A DNA stretch of 64,000 nt from an uncultured delta proteobacterium (GCA_963747115.1 CAVVEB010000001.1:52735-116734), one strand, 5' to 3'; shown: positions 10,541-19,670, counted from the stretch's first letter. Notes: generated from the sequence alone by a model not told the origin. Made by a program: numbers and translations.

Positions 10541-11352
10541 TTGCGTGCCTCCATCGAGCGCAGCGTCAAAAACATGAAGAACAAAATCAGGAAGGCAAAG
10601 TAGGTCACGCTGTAGAGATCGACAACGCCCTTGGCGAAACCGTTGAACTGATCGAAAAGCGAAAACATCCGTAGCGTGTCGAGCGTTCCCGACTGAAACG
10701 CGGATTCGTTCCAGTTGACGATCCAGAGGAAGAGCAGCGGCACGATGGTGGCGATGCCCGCGATGACCTGACTCTCGCAGAGCGAGGAGACAAACAGGCC
10801 CAGCGCGATGAACGAGCATCCGAGCAGCAGGAGACCGACATATCCGGCGACCACCGGGAACAGCGCGTAGGCGTGAATCGAGTAGATAAAAATCGGATAC
10901 ACCAGCGTCAGCGCCAGCATCATGAGAAAAATCACGACTGAAGCGAGAAATTTTCCGCCCAGTATCTCGCTGTCGCGCAGAGGGTAGGTATAGAGAAGTT
11001 CTACCGTGCCGAGTTTTCGCTCTTCGGCGAATTGCCGCATGGTTATAAACGGCAGCGTCAGCAGCAGGCCGAGCCGAATGTCTGTGAGCAGCATCTGCCA
11101 GTAGTTTTGAATGATATCGCGCGAGAACGAGATGGTGGTGAAGAACTTGAGATCGGTATACGCGTAGAAGCCCGACAGCATCACGAAGATTCCCGAAATG
11201 ATGTAGACCAGCGGAAACGCGAAGTAGGAACGCAGTTCCTTGCGCATCACCGCGCTCGTCCGGCCGATCGAAAATCCGGTGCGGGCCGCGCCGATCGCGA
11301 CCCCCGATTCTCGCGCGGGCGAGGTTTCCAATGCTGCCGCGCTATCCGCCAT
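10522..11352 (-). CDS. ABC-2 type transporter permease (GldF-like)
   Basis: 276 aa with 6 predicted TM helices and the ABC-2 motif region FAEERKLGTVELLYTYPL. Confidence 0.75.
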   Translation of the reverse strand: MADSAAALETSPARESGVAIGAARTGFSIGRTSAVMRKELRSYFAFPLVYIISGIFVMLSGFYAYTDLKFFTTISFSRDIIQNYWQMLLTDIRLGLLLTLPFITMRQFAEERKLGTVELLYTYPLRDSEILGGKFLASVVIFLMMLALTLVYPIFIYSIHAYALFPVVAGYVGLLLLGCSFIALGLFVSSLCESQVIAGIATIVPLLFLWIVNWNESAFQSGTLDTLRMFSLFDQFNGFAKGVVDLYSVTYFAFLILFFMFLTLRSMEARKWTGRR

Positions 11353-11415
11353 CGATTACCTCAGTCTCTCAATCGAATTTCCGCGAAAACTTCCTCGCGC
11401 GAGAAAATGCGTGGA

Positions 11416-12375
11416 TCACGCCGCCGATCGCTCCTCGCTGGTCACGATCCGCATGAAGAGATCTTCCAGGCTGAGCGCGAACGGCTTGATCTCGAGCAGC
11501 TTCCATCCATGCTGAACTACCACCGCCGCCATCGAGCCGCGCACCTGATCGCCTGAGCCGCTGGAAAACACGACGAAGCCGCATACGCCGTCCTGCGCCG
11601 CCTCGCCGAGGCGTTCTTCGATCTTGTTAACGCCCGGTACCGCGGCCAGCGCCTGCTTCACCAGATCTTTCGGACCGGCGACGGTAATCAGACTCTGATC
11701 GCTGCCTTGCAATTTCGCGGTGAGCTTTTCCGGAGTGTCCTGCGCGACGACCCTTCCCTTATCGATGATCACGACGCGTCTGCACGTCATCGTTACTTCC
11801 GGCAAGATGTGCGTCGAAAGTAGCACCGTCGAGCGCCCGGCGAGGGAACGAATCAAGTCGCGAATCTCAACCACCTGGCGGGGATCGAGACCCACAGTCG
11901 GCTCGTCTAGAATCAAAACCTCCGGGTCCGCGAGGATCGCCTGCGCAATCCCGACCCGCTGGCGATATCCTTTGGATAGTTTGCCGATCAGCTTCTTGCG
12001 CACGTCGGCGAGTCCGCAAATCTTGATCGCGTATTCGATCCGCTCGCGGGTGATCTGCGAGCTAAGACCTCGCACCCGCGCGGCGAACTCCAGTAAAGCT
12101 GTAACGCCGAGATCCGGATACAGCACCATGTTCTCGGGCAGATAGCCGACCCGGCGGCGGGTTTCGAGCGAATGTTCCGCCACATCGAGGCCGCCGATCA
12201 TCGCGCGCCCGGAGGTGGGCGGAAAAAACCCGGTCAGGATGCGCATCATCGTGGTTTTTCCCGAGCCATTGGGCCCGAGCAGTCCGATTATTTCGCCCCG
12301 CTCGACCTTGAACGAGACGTGATCGACGGCGAGAGTCGGCCCGAAATACTTGGTAAGGTCCTGGACCTCAATCAT
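11416..12375 (-). CDS. ABC transporter ATP-binding protein (GldA-like)
   Basis: Walker A GPNGSGKTT, signature LSKGYRQRV, Walker B ILILDEP, H-loop. Confidence 0.9.
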   Translation of the reverse strand: MIEVQDLTKYFGPTLAVDHVSFKVERGEIIGLLGPNGSGKTTMMRILTGFFPPTSGRAMIGGLDVAEHSLETRRRVGYLPENMVLYPDLGVTALLEFAARVRGLSSQITRERIEYAIKICGLADVRKKLIGKLSKGYRQRVGIAQAILADPEVLILDEPTVGLDPRQVVEIRDLIRSLAGRSTVLLSTHILPEVTMTCRRVVIIDKGRVVAQDTPEKLTAKLQGSDQSLITVAGPKDLVKQALAAVPGVNKIEERLGEAAQDGVCGFVVFSSGSGDQVRGSMAAVVVQHGWKLLEIKPFALSLEDLFMRIVTSEERSAA

Positions 12376-12492
12376 CAGCGTGATTTAGACATCCCCGTAA
12401 CCTTGTCATTCTATGAACCGCAAACCTTAACTGTCAATTCTATTTCTGCCAGCCGTATTTCTGCGCAGTTTCGTTGGCGCTATGCTGCTCCG

Positions 12493-12810
12493 ATGGGACG
12501 AGTAATTGCCACCGTGATCGTTGTCACCTCGATTACGGCCGGAATCTTCGGCTGGAATTGGTATACTCAGAGCGAGGAATACAAAAAGGACAAGCAGCAG
12601 ATCAGCGAGTTGCAGCAGCAATCCGCGACGCTGCAGCAGCAGGTTTCGCAGCTGAAATCGGAAAACGATCAACTGAAGGCGGACGTCGCCAAGGTTCAGG
12701 CCGAGCAGGCTAACCTGGCGGCGCAAAACGACACTCTCAGTAAGGCGATCGCCGCCTACAAGGCAACCGGCAAGATGCCCGACTACAAACTTCCGTATCC
12801 GCCGAAGTGA
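12493..12810 (+). CDS. Small membrane-anchored coiled-coil protein (FtsB/DivIC-like in architecture)
   Basis: Start taken at internal MGRVIATVIVVTSITAGIFGW (TM), followed by a Q/L-rich coiled coil (QQISELQQQSATLQQQVSQLKSENDQLK). The upstream 107 codons of the listed ORF are antisense to the ABC ATPase and rejected. Confidence 0.4.
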   Translation: MGRVIATVIVVTSITAGIFGWNWYTQSEEYKKDKQQISELQQQSATLQQQVSQLKSENDQLKADVAKVQAEQANLAAQNDTLSKAIAAYKATGKMPDYKLPYPPK

Positions 12811-12841
12811 AGCGCTAACGCGGCGCGCGAATTCGCTCCGC

Positions 12842-13399
12842 TCATTTTTCCCCGGATTCGCTGCGATGCATCGCTGGCAGAACGTAGCGCTGCCACTCCG
12901 CGAGATGAGCGAGGGTGCGCATATCGCGCATCCGATCGAGGTAAACCTCACCCTTTAGATGATCCGTTTCGTGCTGAATCACGCGCGCATGAAAATCCTC
13001 GGCGACGAAATTAAGCGGCTCACCGTCGCGGCCCAGCGCCTTGACCTGAACCTTCTTGAACCGCGGCACCATCCCGCGCATCTCGGGAACGCTGAGACAT
13101 CCTTCCCATTCGTCGATTTTTTCGCTCTCGATAACGGTGACAACAGGATTGATCAAATAGGTGAGCGGCACCGACGGCATATCGGGATATCGCGGATGCT
13201 GTTCCACTTCCAGCACCGCCACCTGGATCGACAGATGGACCTGCGGCGCCGCGAGGCCGACGCCAACGTACTCGTGCATGGTCTCGACCATGTCATCGAG
13301 TAGCTTCTGAAAATCGTGGGTCTTTATCTGCTCGTGCGGAACCGGCGCCGCAGGTGTTCTCACTGCGGGATAACCAAGACGCGCGACTTTTAGAATCAT
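12842..13399 (-). CDS. def: Peptide deformylase
   Basis: Motifs GVGLAAPQV, EGCLSVP, QHETDHLKG. Confidence 0.9.
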   Translation of the reverse strand: MILKVARLGYPAVRTPAAPVPHEQIKTHDFQKLLDDMVETMHEYVGVGLAAPQVHLSIQVAVLEVEQHPRYPDMPSVPLTYLINPVVTVIESEKIDEWEGCLSVPEMRGMVPRFKKVQVKALGRDGEPLNFVAEDFHARVIQHETDHLKGEVYLDRMRDMRTLAHLAEWQRYVLPAMHRSESGEK

Positions 13400-13565
13400 A
13401 GGTTTACTCGCTTTTTCCGGCGCGATTTTCGTGGATTGTACTAATAAATGTCGGCTTCAGAAATGCGGAACAAAAGTCTACCCTACTGGCTTCTCACTAT
13501 TCATTTCACAAGATTTAATCTTAACCGGGTCATAAGAGCTTGCGGCGCTGCCGGCTTGAGGTAGC

Positions 13566-14405
13566 ATGACCCATCGGACCGCGCGAACTCGGAGAGGAAA
13601 CCGCGCTATGACAACTGAGCAGACTACCAAGCCGGCCGCAAAGAGCGCGAAACATGACAAAGTGCCAACCATCGCGGCGACCCCCCAGACTCAAGTCAAG
13701 TCGGCAACTAAACCGCTCACGCTCGCCGTCGATGTTGGCGGCACCGGCATCAAAGCGGAAAAGCTCGACGCCAAAGGCGTCCCGGTTTCGGAGCGCGTGA
13801 AAATCGCGACGCCCAGAAATGCCACACCGAAAAAAGTGCTCAAAGTAATTGAGCAGCTAGCGAAGCAAGTTGGCGGCTTCGATCGCGTTTCGCTGGGCTT
13901 CCCCGGTGTCATCAAGAACGGTGTCGTTTATACCGCAGCCAACCTGGGCAGGGGGTGGGACACCTACGACCTTCAAAAGAGCCTCCGGAAGCGGCTTGGA
14001 AAACCGGCCCGCATCGCCAATGATGCCGACGTGCAGGGCCTAGGCTGTATCCGTGGCCGGGGAACCGAACTGGTGGTTACGCTTGGCACCGGCTTCGGCT
14101 CGGTAATCTTTATCAACGGACAGCGCATTCACCTCGAGCTCGGCCATCACCCATTTCACAAGGGCAAGACTTATGAGGACGAGCTGGGGAACCGCGCGCT
14201 CGAAAAAAAAGGAAAAAAGAAATGGAACCGGCTCGTGACCGAAGCGATCGGCGAGCTCGCGCAGACCTTCAACTACGATCGCCTCTATATCGGCGGCGGG
14301 AACGCGCGGCTCATCGATTCCAAGCTGCCCCCAAAAGTAAAGATCATCAGCAACATGGAAGGATTGCTCGGTGGAATAAAGTTGTGGAGTAGCTCGATCA
14401 GATGA
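13566..14405 (+). CDS. ppgK: Polyphosphate glucokinase / ROK-family sugar kinase
   Basis: LTLAVDVGGTGIK (ATP-binding), LELGHH. Low-complexity K/A/T-rich N-terminal extension. Start could be the internal Met at 13608. Confidence 0.8.
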   Translation: MTHRTARTRRGNRAMTTEQTTKPAAKSAKHDKVPTIAATPQTQVKSATKPLTLAVDVGGTGIKAEKLDAKGVPVSERVKIATPRNATPKKVLKVIEQLAKQVGGFDRVSLGFPGVIKNGVVYTAANLGRGWDTYDLQKSLRKRLGKPARIANDADVQGLGCIRGRGTELVVTLGTGFGSVIFINGQRIHLELGHHPFHKGKTYEDELGNRALEKKGKKKWNRLVTEAIGELAQTFNYDRLYIGGGNARLIDSKLPPKVKIISNMEGLLGGIKLWSSSIR

Positions 14406-14432
14406 CGCGTCGCCGGGTTGGCTTTCATCCAA

Positions 14433-15686
14433 TCACTGTTTCTTGTCGGCCTGATCGATTTGGTCGGCGATGTACTGAAAGACTTCGCGCCAGTAGGGCG
14501 GATCGATACCGTCTTCGTCAGCCGTGCGTACGATCACAACTCGCGTTTTCGGCGAGACGAAAATGAATTGGCCATAGGTGCCGATGCCCATGAAGCTGTA
14601 GTCGCCGCTCGCTAGCGAAACGCCCCACCAGAAATATTTGTAGTAACCGCCGTCGTCCTGCCATCGAGAGAATGTCTCCCATGGACGACGGTCGTTGGGA
14701 TCCCTGGTAGTGGATTCGACGACCCATTGCTCGGGGATGACCTGCTTGCCACCCCAATTTCCGTTGTTCAGGTAGAGCCTGCCGAACTTCGCGATATCGA
14801 TCGCTCTCGCGTTGAGCAGCGTGGGCGTTATCTCAAAGTCGTCCTGCTCGCTGTCGATGCTCCAGGTGGCCGGAAATTCCGCGCCGATTGGTTTCCAGAT
14901 TTTTTCCTGCAGATATTGGCTGGGAGCGCGTCTCGTAGTTCGCTCGAGGATCATGCCGAGGAGTTCGGTGTTGAAGTTGTTGTAGTGAAATGATTGTCCC
15001 GGCGGCTCCATGATCTTCAGGTCCGAGAGCAGTAGCTGCCGCAGATTCGGATAATAACCGGCCAGCACGAACTCATCCCACGGAAAAAAATTGATCCGGT
15101 ACTGAATACCCGAGCCCATTGTCAAAAGATTCTTGATCGTGATCGCTTCGAAGCCGCGGTCGTGCAACTCCGGCAGGTAGTTTGTGATCGGATCGTCGAG
15201 ACTCTTGATATAGCCCTCGGAGATCGCCACGCCGACCAGCGCGGAGGTGAAAGACTTCGACAGCGACCACGCGGTGCACAAAGAGTCTCGCTCGAAGCCG
15301 TTGAAATAGTTCTCGTAGAGCGCCTGGTCGTCTCTTGCGACGATGAAAGCATGAGTGCCGGTCGAGCGCAGGAGGTCATCGAGCGCGACACGCTTCACGG
15401 CTTTGCCGTCGCGGTATTCCACCGTATCCGGAATCCGATCGCGGTTGCCCGGCGCGAACTGAAACGCCACCGACGCCTTGTCGATGGTGTGATAGGCATA
15501 GTGCCGATAGTCGTCGGAACGAGACGAGGTAAGGAATTCCGCGCCCCATACGACATAGCGATAGAGGTAACCTGGCTGCGTCCAAGGGGCGGCGTTCGCC
15601 CGCGAGGCAAACAACGAACCCGATGCCGCGCTGACTAGCAGCGCTGTCACAGCAACTGCAACCCAGCGTCTGCGAATTGTCGCCAT
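14433..15686 (-). CDS. Beta-lactamase-related serine hydrolase (secreted)
   Basis: Signal peptide, SxSK motif (SLSKSF), YxN-like HYNNFN. 417 aa. Confidence 0.8.
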   Translation of the reverse strand: MATIRRRWVAVAVTALLVSAASGSLFASRANAAPWTQPGYLYRYVVWGAEFLTSSRSDDYRHYAYHTIDKASVAFQFAPGNRDRIPDTVEYRDGKAVKRVALDDLLRSTGTHAFIVARDDQALYENYFNGFERDSLCTAWSLSKSFTSALVGVAISEGYIKSLDDPITNYLPELHDRGFEAITIKNLLTMGSGIQYRINFFPWDEFVLAGYYPNLRQLLLSDLKIMEPPGQSFHYNNFNTELLGMILERTTRRAPSQYLQEKIWKPIGAEFPATWSIDSEQDDFEITPTLLNARAIDIAKFGRLYLNNGNWGGKQVIPEQWVVESTTRDPNDRRPWETFSRWQDDGGYYKYFWWGVSLASGDYSFMGIGTYGQFIFVSPKTRVVIVRTADEDGIDPPYWREVFQYIADQIDQADKKQ

Positions 15687-15881
15687 CAGTTTGCTCTTCG
15701 CTTCAGCATTTCCGTAGCAAGTTCAGAACCTTCGCGGTCGATCAAAAACATCAACGGTGTCGAAAGTCCGCAGCGACCGCAACTTCATCGATCGATGCGC
15801 TCGGAAATCCTTCAGTCCCGATGAAAACCAACCACGTAGCGCCGCCGCCGGCAATGCTATAAATGCTTTAAGAAATGGATT

Positions 15882-15971
15882 GGAGGGGTGGCCGAGCGGT
15901 TGAAGGCACCGGTCTTGAAAACCGGCAGGGATGAAAGTCCCTCGTGGGTTCAAATCCCACCCCCTCCGCCA
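15882..15971 (+). tRNA. tRNA-Ser (anticodon TGA)
   Basis: GGAGGGGTGGCCGAGCGGTTGAAGGCACCGGTCTTGAAAACCGGC + long variable arm AGGGATGAAAGTCCCTC + GTGGGTTCAAATCCCACCCCCTCCGCCA. Confidence 0.85.
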
Positions 15972-15991
15972 GATTGAATCTTCGAGCCTCG

Positions 15992-16699
15992 CTACAGTCG
16001 CCCGGACGCCCAAATGACCCTGCCAATCACGTGGATCGCCTCGGTGGTCACCACCAGCGATTCATACGCCGAATTATCGCTCCTGATGAGCAAGCTTCCG
16101 TCGGGCCGCCGTTGTATACGTTTAACCGCTAACTCATGATCGCGACGAAGCACGTAGATGCCATCGTGCCGGAAGCGCGGTTCGCCGAGATCTACCAGCA
16201 TGAGATCGCTGTCCTCTAAAGTAGGAGCCATCGAATCTCCGGCGGCTTCGATCAGCAGCAGATTGCGCGGCTCAGTTTTCAAACGTGATTTGACCCAATC
16301 GATCTTGAAAGCAAGGTAGTCCACGATTTGCTCGCTTCGCAGCGGACCACCGCGCGCCGCGGGACCTTTGACATCGTAACGGGGAACAAAGACATACTCG
16401 CCGTGTTCAGTGGTTCGACCCGTCGAGCGTTTAATCGCAGCGCTCTCATGCCCTGTCGCCAGCCACTCGACTGATACTTTAGCCGCCCCCGCCAACGCCA
16501 CCAGATTCGCCACGCTGGGCTGTCCGCGGCCCGACATCCATTTGTAGATCGCGTTATCTGAAACACCGACCGCGCGCGCCATCTCTGCTACCGAAGGGAA
16601 TTGCCGGAGCACTTGATCGAGACGCAACTGGAAACCCTGTTCGTTTTCCGATTCTCCCATTGTAGTTGACTCGTTGTCGAACTTGTGAAATACGACCAT
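15992..16699 (-). CDS. Phage CI/LexA-type repressor (HTH_XRE + S24 peptidase domain)
   Basis: N-terminal HTH (AEMARAVGVSDNAIYKWMSG) and C-terminal S24 autoprotease with the AAGDSMAPTL Ser motif and Lys in LAVKRIQ. Confidence 0.85.
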   Translation of the reverse strand: MVVFHKFDNESTTMGESENEQGFQLRLDQVLRQFPSVAEMARAVGVSDNAIYKWMSGRGQPSVANLVALAGAAKVSVEWLATGHESAAIKRSTGRTTEHGEYVFVPRYDVKGPAARGGPLRSEQIVDYLAFKIDWVKSRLKTEPRNLLLIEAAGDSMAPTLEDSDLMLVDLGEPRFRHDGIYVLRRDHELAVKRIQRRPDGSLLIRSDNSAYESLVVTTEAIHVIGRVIWASGRL

Positions 16700-16744
16700 T
16701 AAGCATGCTCATCGAGCAAAACGCAAGTAACCGCGCGCAAGGCC

Positions 16745-16796
16745 TTTATCTCACCAAAACCGCATCTCACCATGCGAACGCGCCACTTATCACCAC
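16745..16796. promoter_or_regulatory. Candidate operator: three direct repeats of TATCTCACCA-like decamer in the repressor/early-region switch
   Basis: TTATCTCACCA (16746), ATCTCACCA (16764), CTTATCACCA (16786), directly upstream of the repressor gene start (divergent region). Confidence 0.35.
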
Positions 16797-17343
16797 AATG
16801 CTACGTAAACCGGCTGAATTCGCCGTGCGCAAAGGACCCACTCGCGCTGATATGGACCCGATTGAATGACCGATTAGTTCTGCGCTCCGGCTCGCGGCCC
16901 CCTTATCGCCATCCGGCACGCCCATCGCTATTGCGCCAACCGCAAGTCGCTTCGCGACCATGCCGAACTCGGCGTGCCGACCGGCCATCGTCGCGTCCGC
17001 CCCGACGCATCGCATTACGGCGCCGGGCGGGCCGCGACTTCACTCTCGCGATCGCGCGGATCGACACCACTTTGATGCCGCGCGCACCAACCTGCAAACG
17101 CCCACCGCCGCGTCCCGATGGCATCTTGCAAATTCCGCGCGACTCGCGCGAGCAGACACCGGGTAACGGCCTATTGCGTTCTTGTCTACGCCTTCCGATT
17201 TACCAGTTCCCCTTCTCTCCGTTCGGATTTGTGCGCACGCGTCGCGCTTTGTGCGCCGCGTCTGGCGCGTTACCGCAGCTTCAGCTTTCAACTTTCTTGA
17301 ATGTTTTCGTCCCTCGAGAGAGGCGCGCCACGCGGAGCTGCCG

Positions 17344-17568
17344 ATGGAATTAGTTATCAGGTCCCCGAAAAGTACGGCGATGGCAGAGCGCTCCGTCAAA
17401 TGCGTTTTCTGTCACGAGCCGATGCTGTTGGCCGACGCGATGCGCAACCGCGGCGTCTGCCGCTTGTGCTGTCTCGAAATCGACGAGTTGGGATGGCGCA
17501 CGGTTTACGATCGCGATCATCGGGTCGGGCAAATTCCGGCCAACTTGCGGACTGCCTATAAGTTATGA
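17344..17568 (+). CDS. Small Cys-rich (zinc-ribbon-like) hypothetical protein
   Basis: MELVIRS... with CVFCHEP ... GVCRLCC. Abuts the mor-like gene. Weak; the upstream 650 bp has no convincing ORF. Confidence 0.3.
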   Translation: MELVIRSPKSTAMAERSVKCVFCHEPMLLADAMRNRGVCRLCCLEIDELGWRTVYDRDHRVGQIPANLRTAYKL

Positions 17569-18002
17569 ATTCCACCTCCGCGATGTTGCTGGAACGTTGC
17601 TCGAGTGTTGCTCGCAGTCGCGCCGAAGTGTCCGCGAGGTTGCTCCGGCCACGCCTTCGGCTCGATCCCGACGCGCCCGCGGTAGATAACGTCGCGCGTC
17701 TGATCGGCGCCGGTCCTACGGCCCGGCTTATTTCTACTTTTGGAGGAGGCCGGGTCTATGTCGCGAAGAATCCGGGTCCTGCGGATCCGGTCGCTAATGT
17801 GATCGGCGGCGAAGCGGCCGCCTTGCTGGGGTCGGTCTTCGGCGGCGAGCGAATCTGGTTTCCCAATGACGCCGGTCATTTGACCCGCCGCCGGATTGTG
17901 CTGATGCGCCAGCGCGGATCGAGTATTTCGCGGATCGCGCGCGAGCTTCGCTTGAGTGAACGCTATGTCTACAAAGTCCTGGCCCAGGTGCGTGATGACT
18001 GA
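17565..18002 (+). CDS. Mor/C-family transcriptional activator (phage Mu middle/late operon regulator family)
   Basis: Two Mor-like N-terminal segments (LIGAGPTARLISTFGGGRVYV; VIGGEAAALLGSVFGGERIWFP) and C-terminal HTH SISRIARELRLSERYVYKVLA. Confidence 0.7.
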   Translation: MNSTSAMLLERCSSVARSRAEVSARLLRPRLRLDPDAPAVDNVARLIGAGPTARLISTFGGGRVYVAKNPGPADPVANVIGGEAAALLGSVFGGERIWFPNDAGHLTRRRIVLMRQRGSSISRIARELRLSERYVYKVLAQVRDD

Positions 18003-18510
18003 CAATAAATATCCTCCGATGTTTGTTCGCGCGATGGTTCGCGTGCTCGCCAACGAAGGCGGCTATGTCCACCTGGCGGACGATCCGGGGGGCGAAACCA
18101 ATTTTGGAATTTCGCATCGCGACTATCCCGACCTCAATCTCCGCGACCTCACCCGCGACGAGGCGATCGCGATTTACTTTCGTGATTTCTGGAGTACCGA
18201 ACGCTACTCCGCATTGCCCGAGCAAATCGCGCAGAAGGTATTTGATCTCTCGATAAATATGGGGCCCGCTCACGCCGTGCGATGCATGCAGCAGGCTCTG
18301 AGAGCCTGCGGCGACCGGATCTCCGAAGACGGCGTACTGGGTGACGCGACGATTGCCGCGGCGGCGCGCGCCGACGGCGCCGCGTTGCTCGCCGCGCTGC
18401 GGTCGGAAGCGGCCGGCTATTACCGGGTCACCGTTCAGCGCTCGGAAACAGACCGCCACGGCAACGACTCGGGTTTTCTCGCGGGCTGGCTGAATCGCGC
18501 ATACCAATGA
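17995..18510 (+). CDS. Endolysin: glycoside hydrolase family 108 N-terminal domain + PG_binding_3 peptidoglycan-binding domain
   Basis: FVRAMVRVLANEGGYVHLADDPGGETNFGIS matches the GH108 catalytic region (conserved EGGY...DPGG...G). The C-terminal half has the Ala-rich helical character of a PG_binding_3 domain. Confidence 0.8.
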   Translation: MTDNKYPPMFVRAMVRVLANEGGYVHLADDPGGETNFGISHRDYPDLNLRDLTRDEAIAIYFRDFWSTERYSALPEQIAQKVFDLSINMGPAHAVRCMQQALRACGDRISEDGVLGDATIAAAARADGAALLAALRSEAAGYYRVTVQRSETDRHGNDSGFLAGWLNRAYQ

Positions 18511-18607
18511 ATTTTCGGCAACGCAAACAAATGGAAATAAAACACGGATTTGGGATGCAAGGACTAACGGCGGCGCGCTGCGCGCCCCACAACTTTGGAG
18601 GAACGCA

Positions 18608-18895
18608 ATGGACACTCTAATCACTCTCAACTTTATCGGTTACGCGGCGGTACTCGGCGGCGGTCTGGTGCTGGGCACCTTGTTCGGCCGCTCGTTACTC
18701 TCGGACGCCGCATCGATCGCGACTTCGCTCGACGCCCGCGTCACCGCGCTGGAATCGGCGCTGCATTTGGGACATGCCGCGTCCGTGGTGAGCGGCCCGG
18801 CCAGCGCCGCGATTAAATCGCACGCCGCTGCGACCGAGAAGCTCGCGGCCGCGATCGAGACCCACGCGGCTGCCACCAAAGCGGCTGCGAACTGA
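18608..18895 (+). CDS. Small phage membrane protein, holin candidate
   Basis: 95 aa. N-terminal TM (ITLNFIGYAAVLGGGLVLGTLFG) then an Ala/His-rich helical tail. Sits between the endolysin and the spanins. Confidence 0.4.
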   Translation: MDTLITLNFIGYAAVLGGGLVLGTLFGRSLLSDAASIATSLDARVTALESALHLGHAASVVSGPASAAIKSHAAATEKLAAAIETHAAATKAAAN

Positions 18896-18924
18896 GCTCC
18901 GCGATTGCAAGGGATGAAATCGAC

Positions 18925-19338
18925 ATGCCGCTAATCGGGGTCTTACTCTCACGTTATTGGAAACCGCTCGCGCTCGCGATTGCGATCGCCGCAGTCCTTG
19001 CCTACCGCGCGGTGCTGGTCCGCGAGCGCGACCAGGCTCGGGCGCAGGCCGCTCAACTCACGATCGATGCCGCCGCGCTGCGGGCCGGCAATCAGGCGCT
19101 CGGCGCCGCGATTGCGCGTCAAAACGCGGCCGTCGCCGAATTGAAAACCAAAGCTGACGCCGCCGCCAGCGCGATGAACGCGCAGGCCGCCGCGGCTGCG
19201 AGCGCCGGCGTGGCGGCTGCGGATCGCGCGGCGAACCAGGCGCAAGGATTTATCGCGGCGCCGATCGACTCGGGTTCCGGCTGCGAAGGAGCAATCAAAT
19301 GGGGCAACGCGCAAGCCGCGCAGTTGGCGTCGTGGTGA
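18925..19338 (+). CDS. i-spanin (Rz-like)
   Basis: N-terminal TM (WKPLALAIAIAAVLAY) followed by a long Ala/Gln-rich coiled coil. Typical i-spanin architecture. Confidence 0.55.
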   Translation: MPLIGVLLSRYWKPLALAIAIAAVLAYRAVLVRERDQARAQAAQLTIDAAALRAGNQALGAAIARQNAAVAELKTKADAAASAMNAQAAAAASAGVAAADRAANQAQGFIAAPIDSGSGCEGAIKWGNAQAAQLASW

Positions 19339-19670
19339 GCCGCGGGCTCGCACTTCTGTTCTGCGTCGCGATGATTTCGGGATGCGCCACGCAGGCGCAG
19401 CCGCCGATCCTGACCCCGGTCGAAGTCCAGGTGCCGATCGCCACGCCGGTCTATTGCCAGGTCCCGCCGATCGCAAAGCCCGCGCTCCCGATCGCGTCGC
19501 TCGAGGCTGATTCTTCGCCCGACGATACCATCCGCGCCTACGCGGCGACGGTGGCGATTCTCAAGGGCGCGGTGGTGGAGCGAGATTTGGCGATCGCGGG
19601 ATGCGCTCCGCCAGCCGCCGGCGCCGCGGCTACTACTGTAGGCGAGGTCGCGGGTGGGCAAAACAAATGA
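19332..19670 (+). CDS. o-spanin (Rz1-like outer-membrane lipoprotein)
   Basis: GTG start overlapping the i-spanin stop by 4 nt (VVSRGLALLFCVAMISGCATQ, lipobox ISGC), then a Pro-rich periplasmic segment. Listed ORF 19299 may alternatively use the ATG at 19299. Confidence 0.55.
   Translation: MVSRGLALLFCVAMISGCATQAQPPILTPVEVQVPIATPVYCQVPPIAKPALPIASLEADSSPDDTIRAYAATVAILKGAVVERDLAIAGCAPPAAGAAATTVGEVAGGQNK

Noticed and set aside
12172-12492. N-terminal 107 codons of the listed 212-aa ORF
   Set aside because: Antisense overlap with the 5' end of the ABC ATPase gene. The coiled-coil protein is taken to start at 12493.
15972-15991. tRNA-Ser 3' end as phage attachment site (attL)
   Set aside because: I could not find a direct repeat of the tRNA 3' end at either candidate right boundary (24487 or 25270). 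No integrase is present, and Mu-like phages do not use tRNA att sites. Adjacency may be coincidental.
16666-16869. 67-aa ORF as a Cro/Ner-like gene
   Set aside because: It overlaps the repressor start and contains the three operator-like repeats within its coding sequence, with no HTH pattern. Treated as non-coding.
16772-17353. 193-aa Arg/Pro-rich plus-strand ORF in the prophage early region
   Set aside because: Extreme R/P composition with no domain signal. Overlapping minus-strand ORFs are equally unconvincing. The region is treated as a non-coding or degraded remnant.
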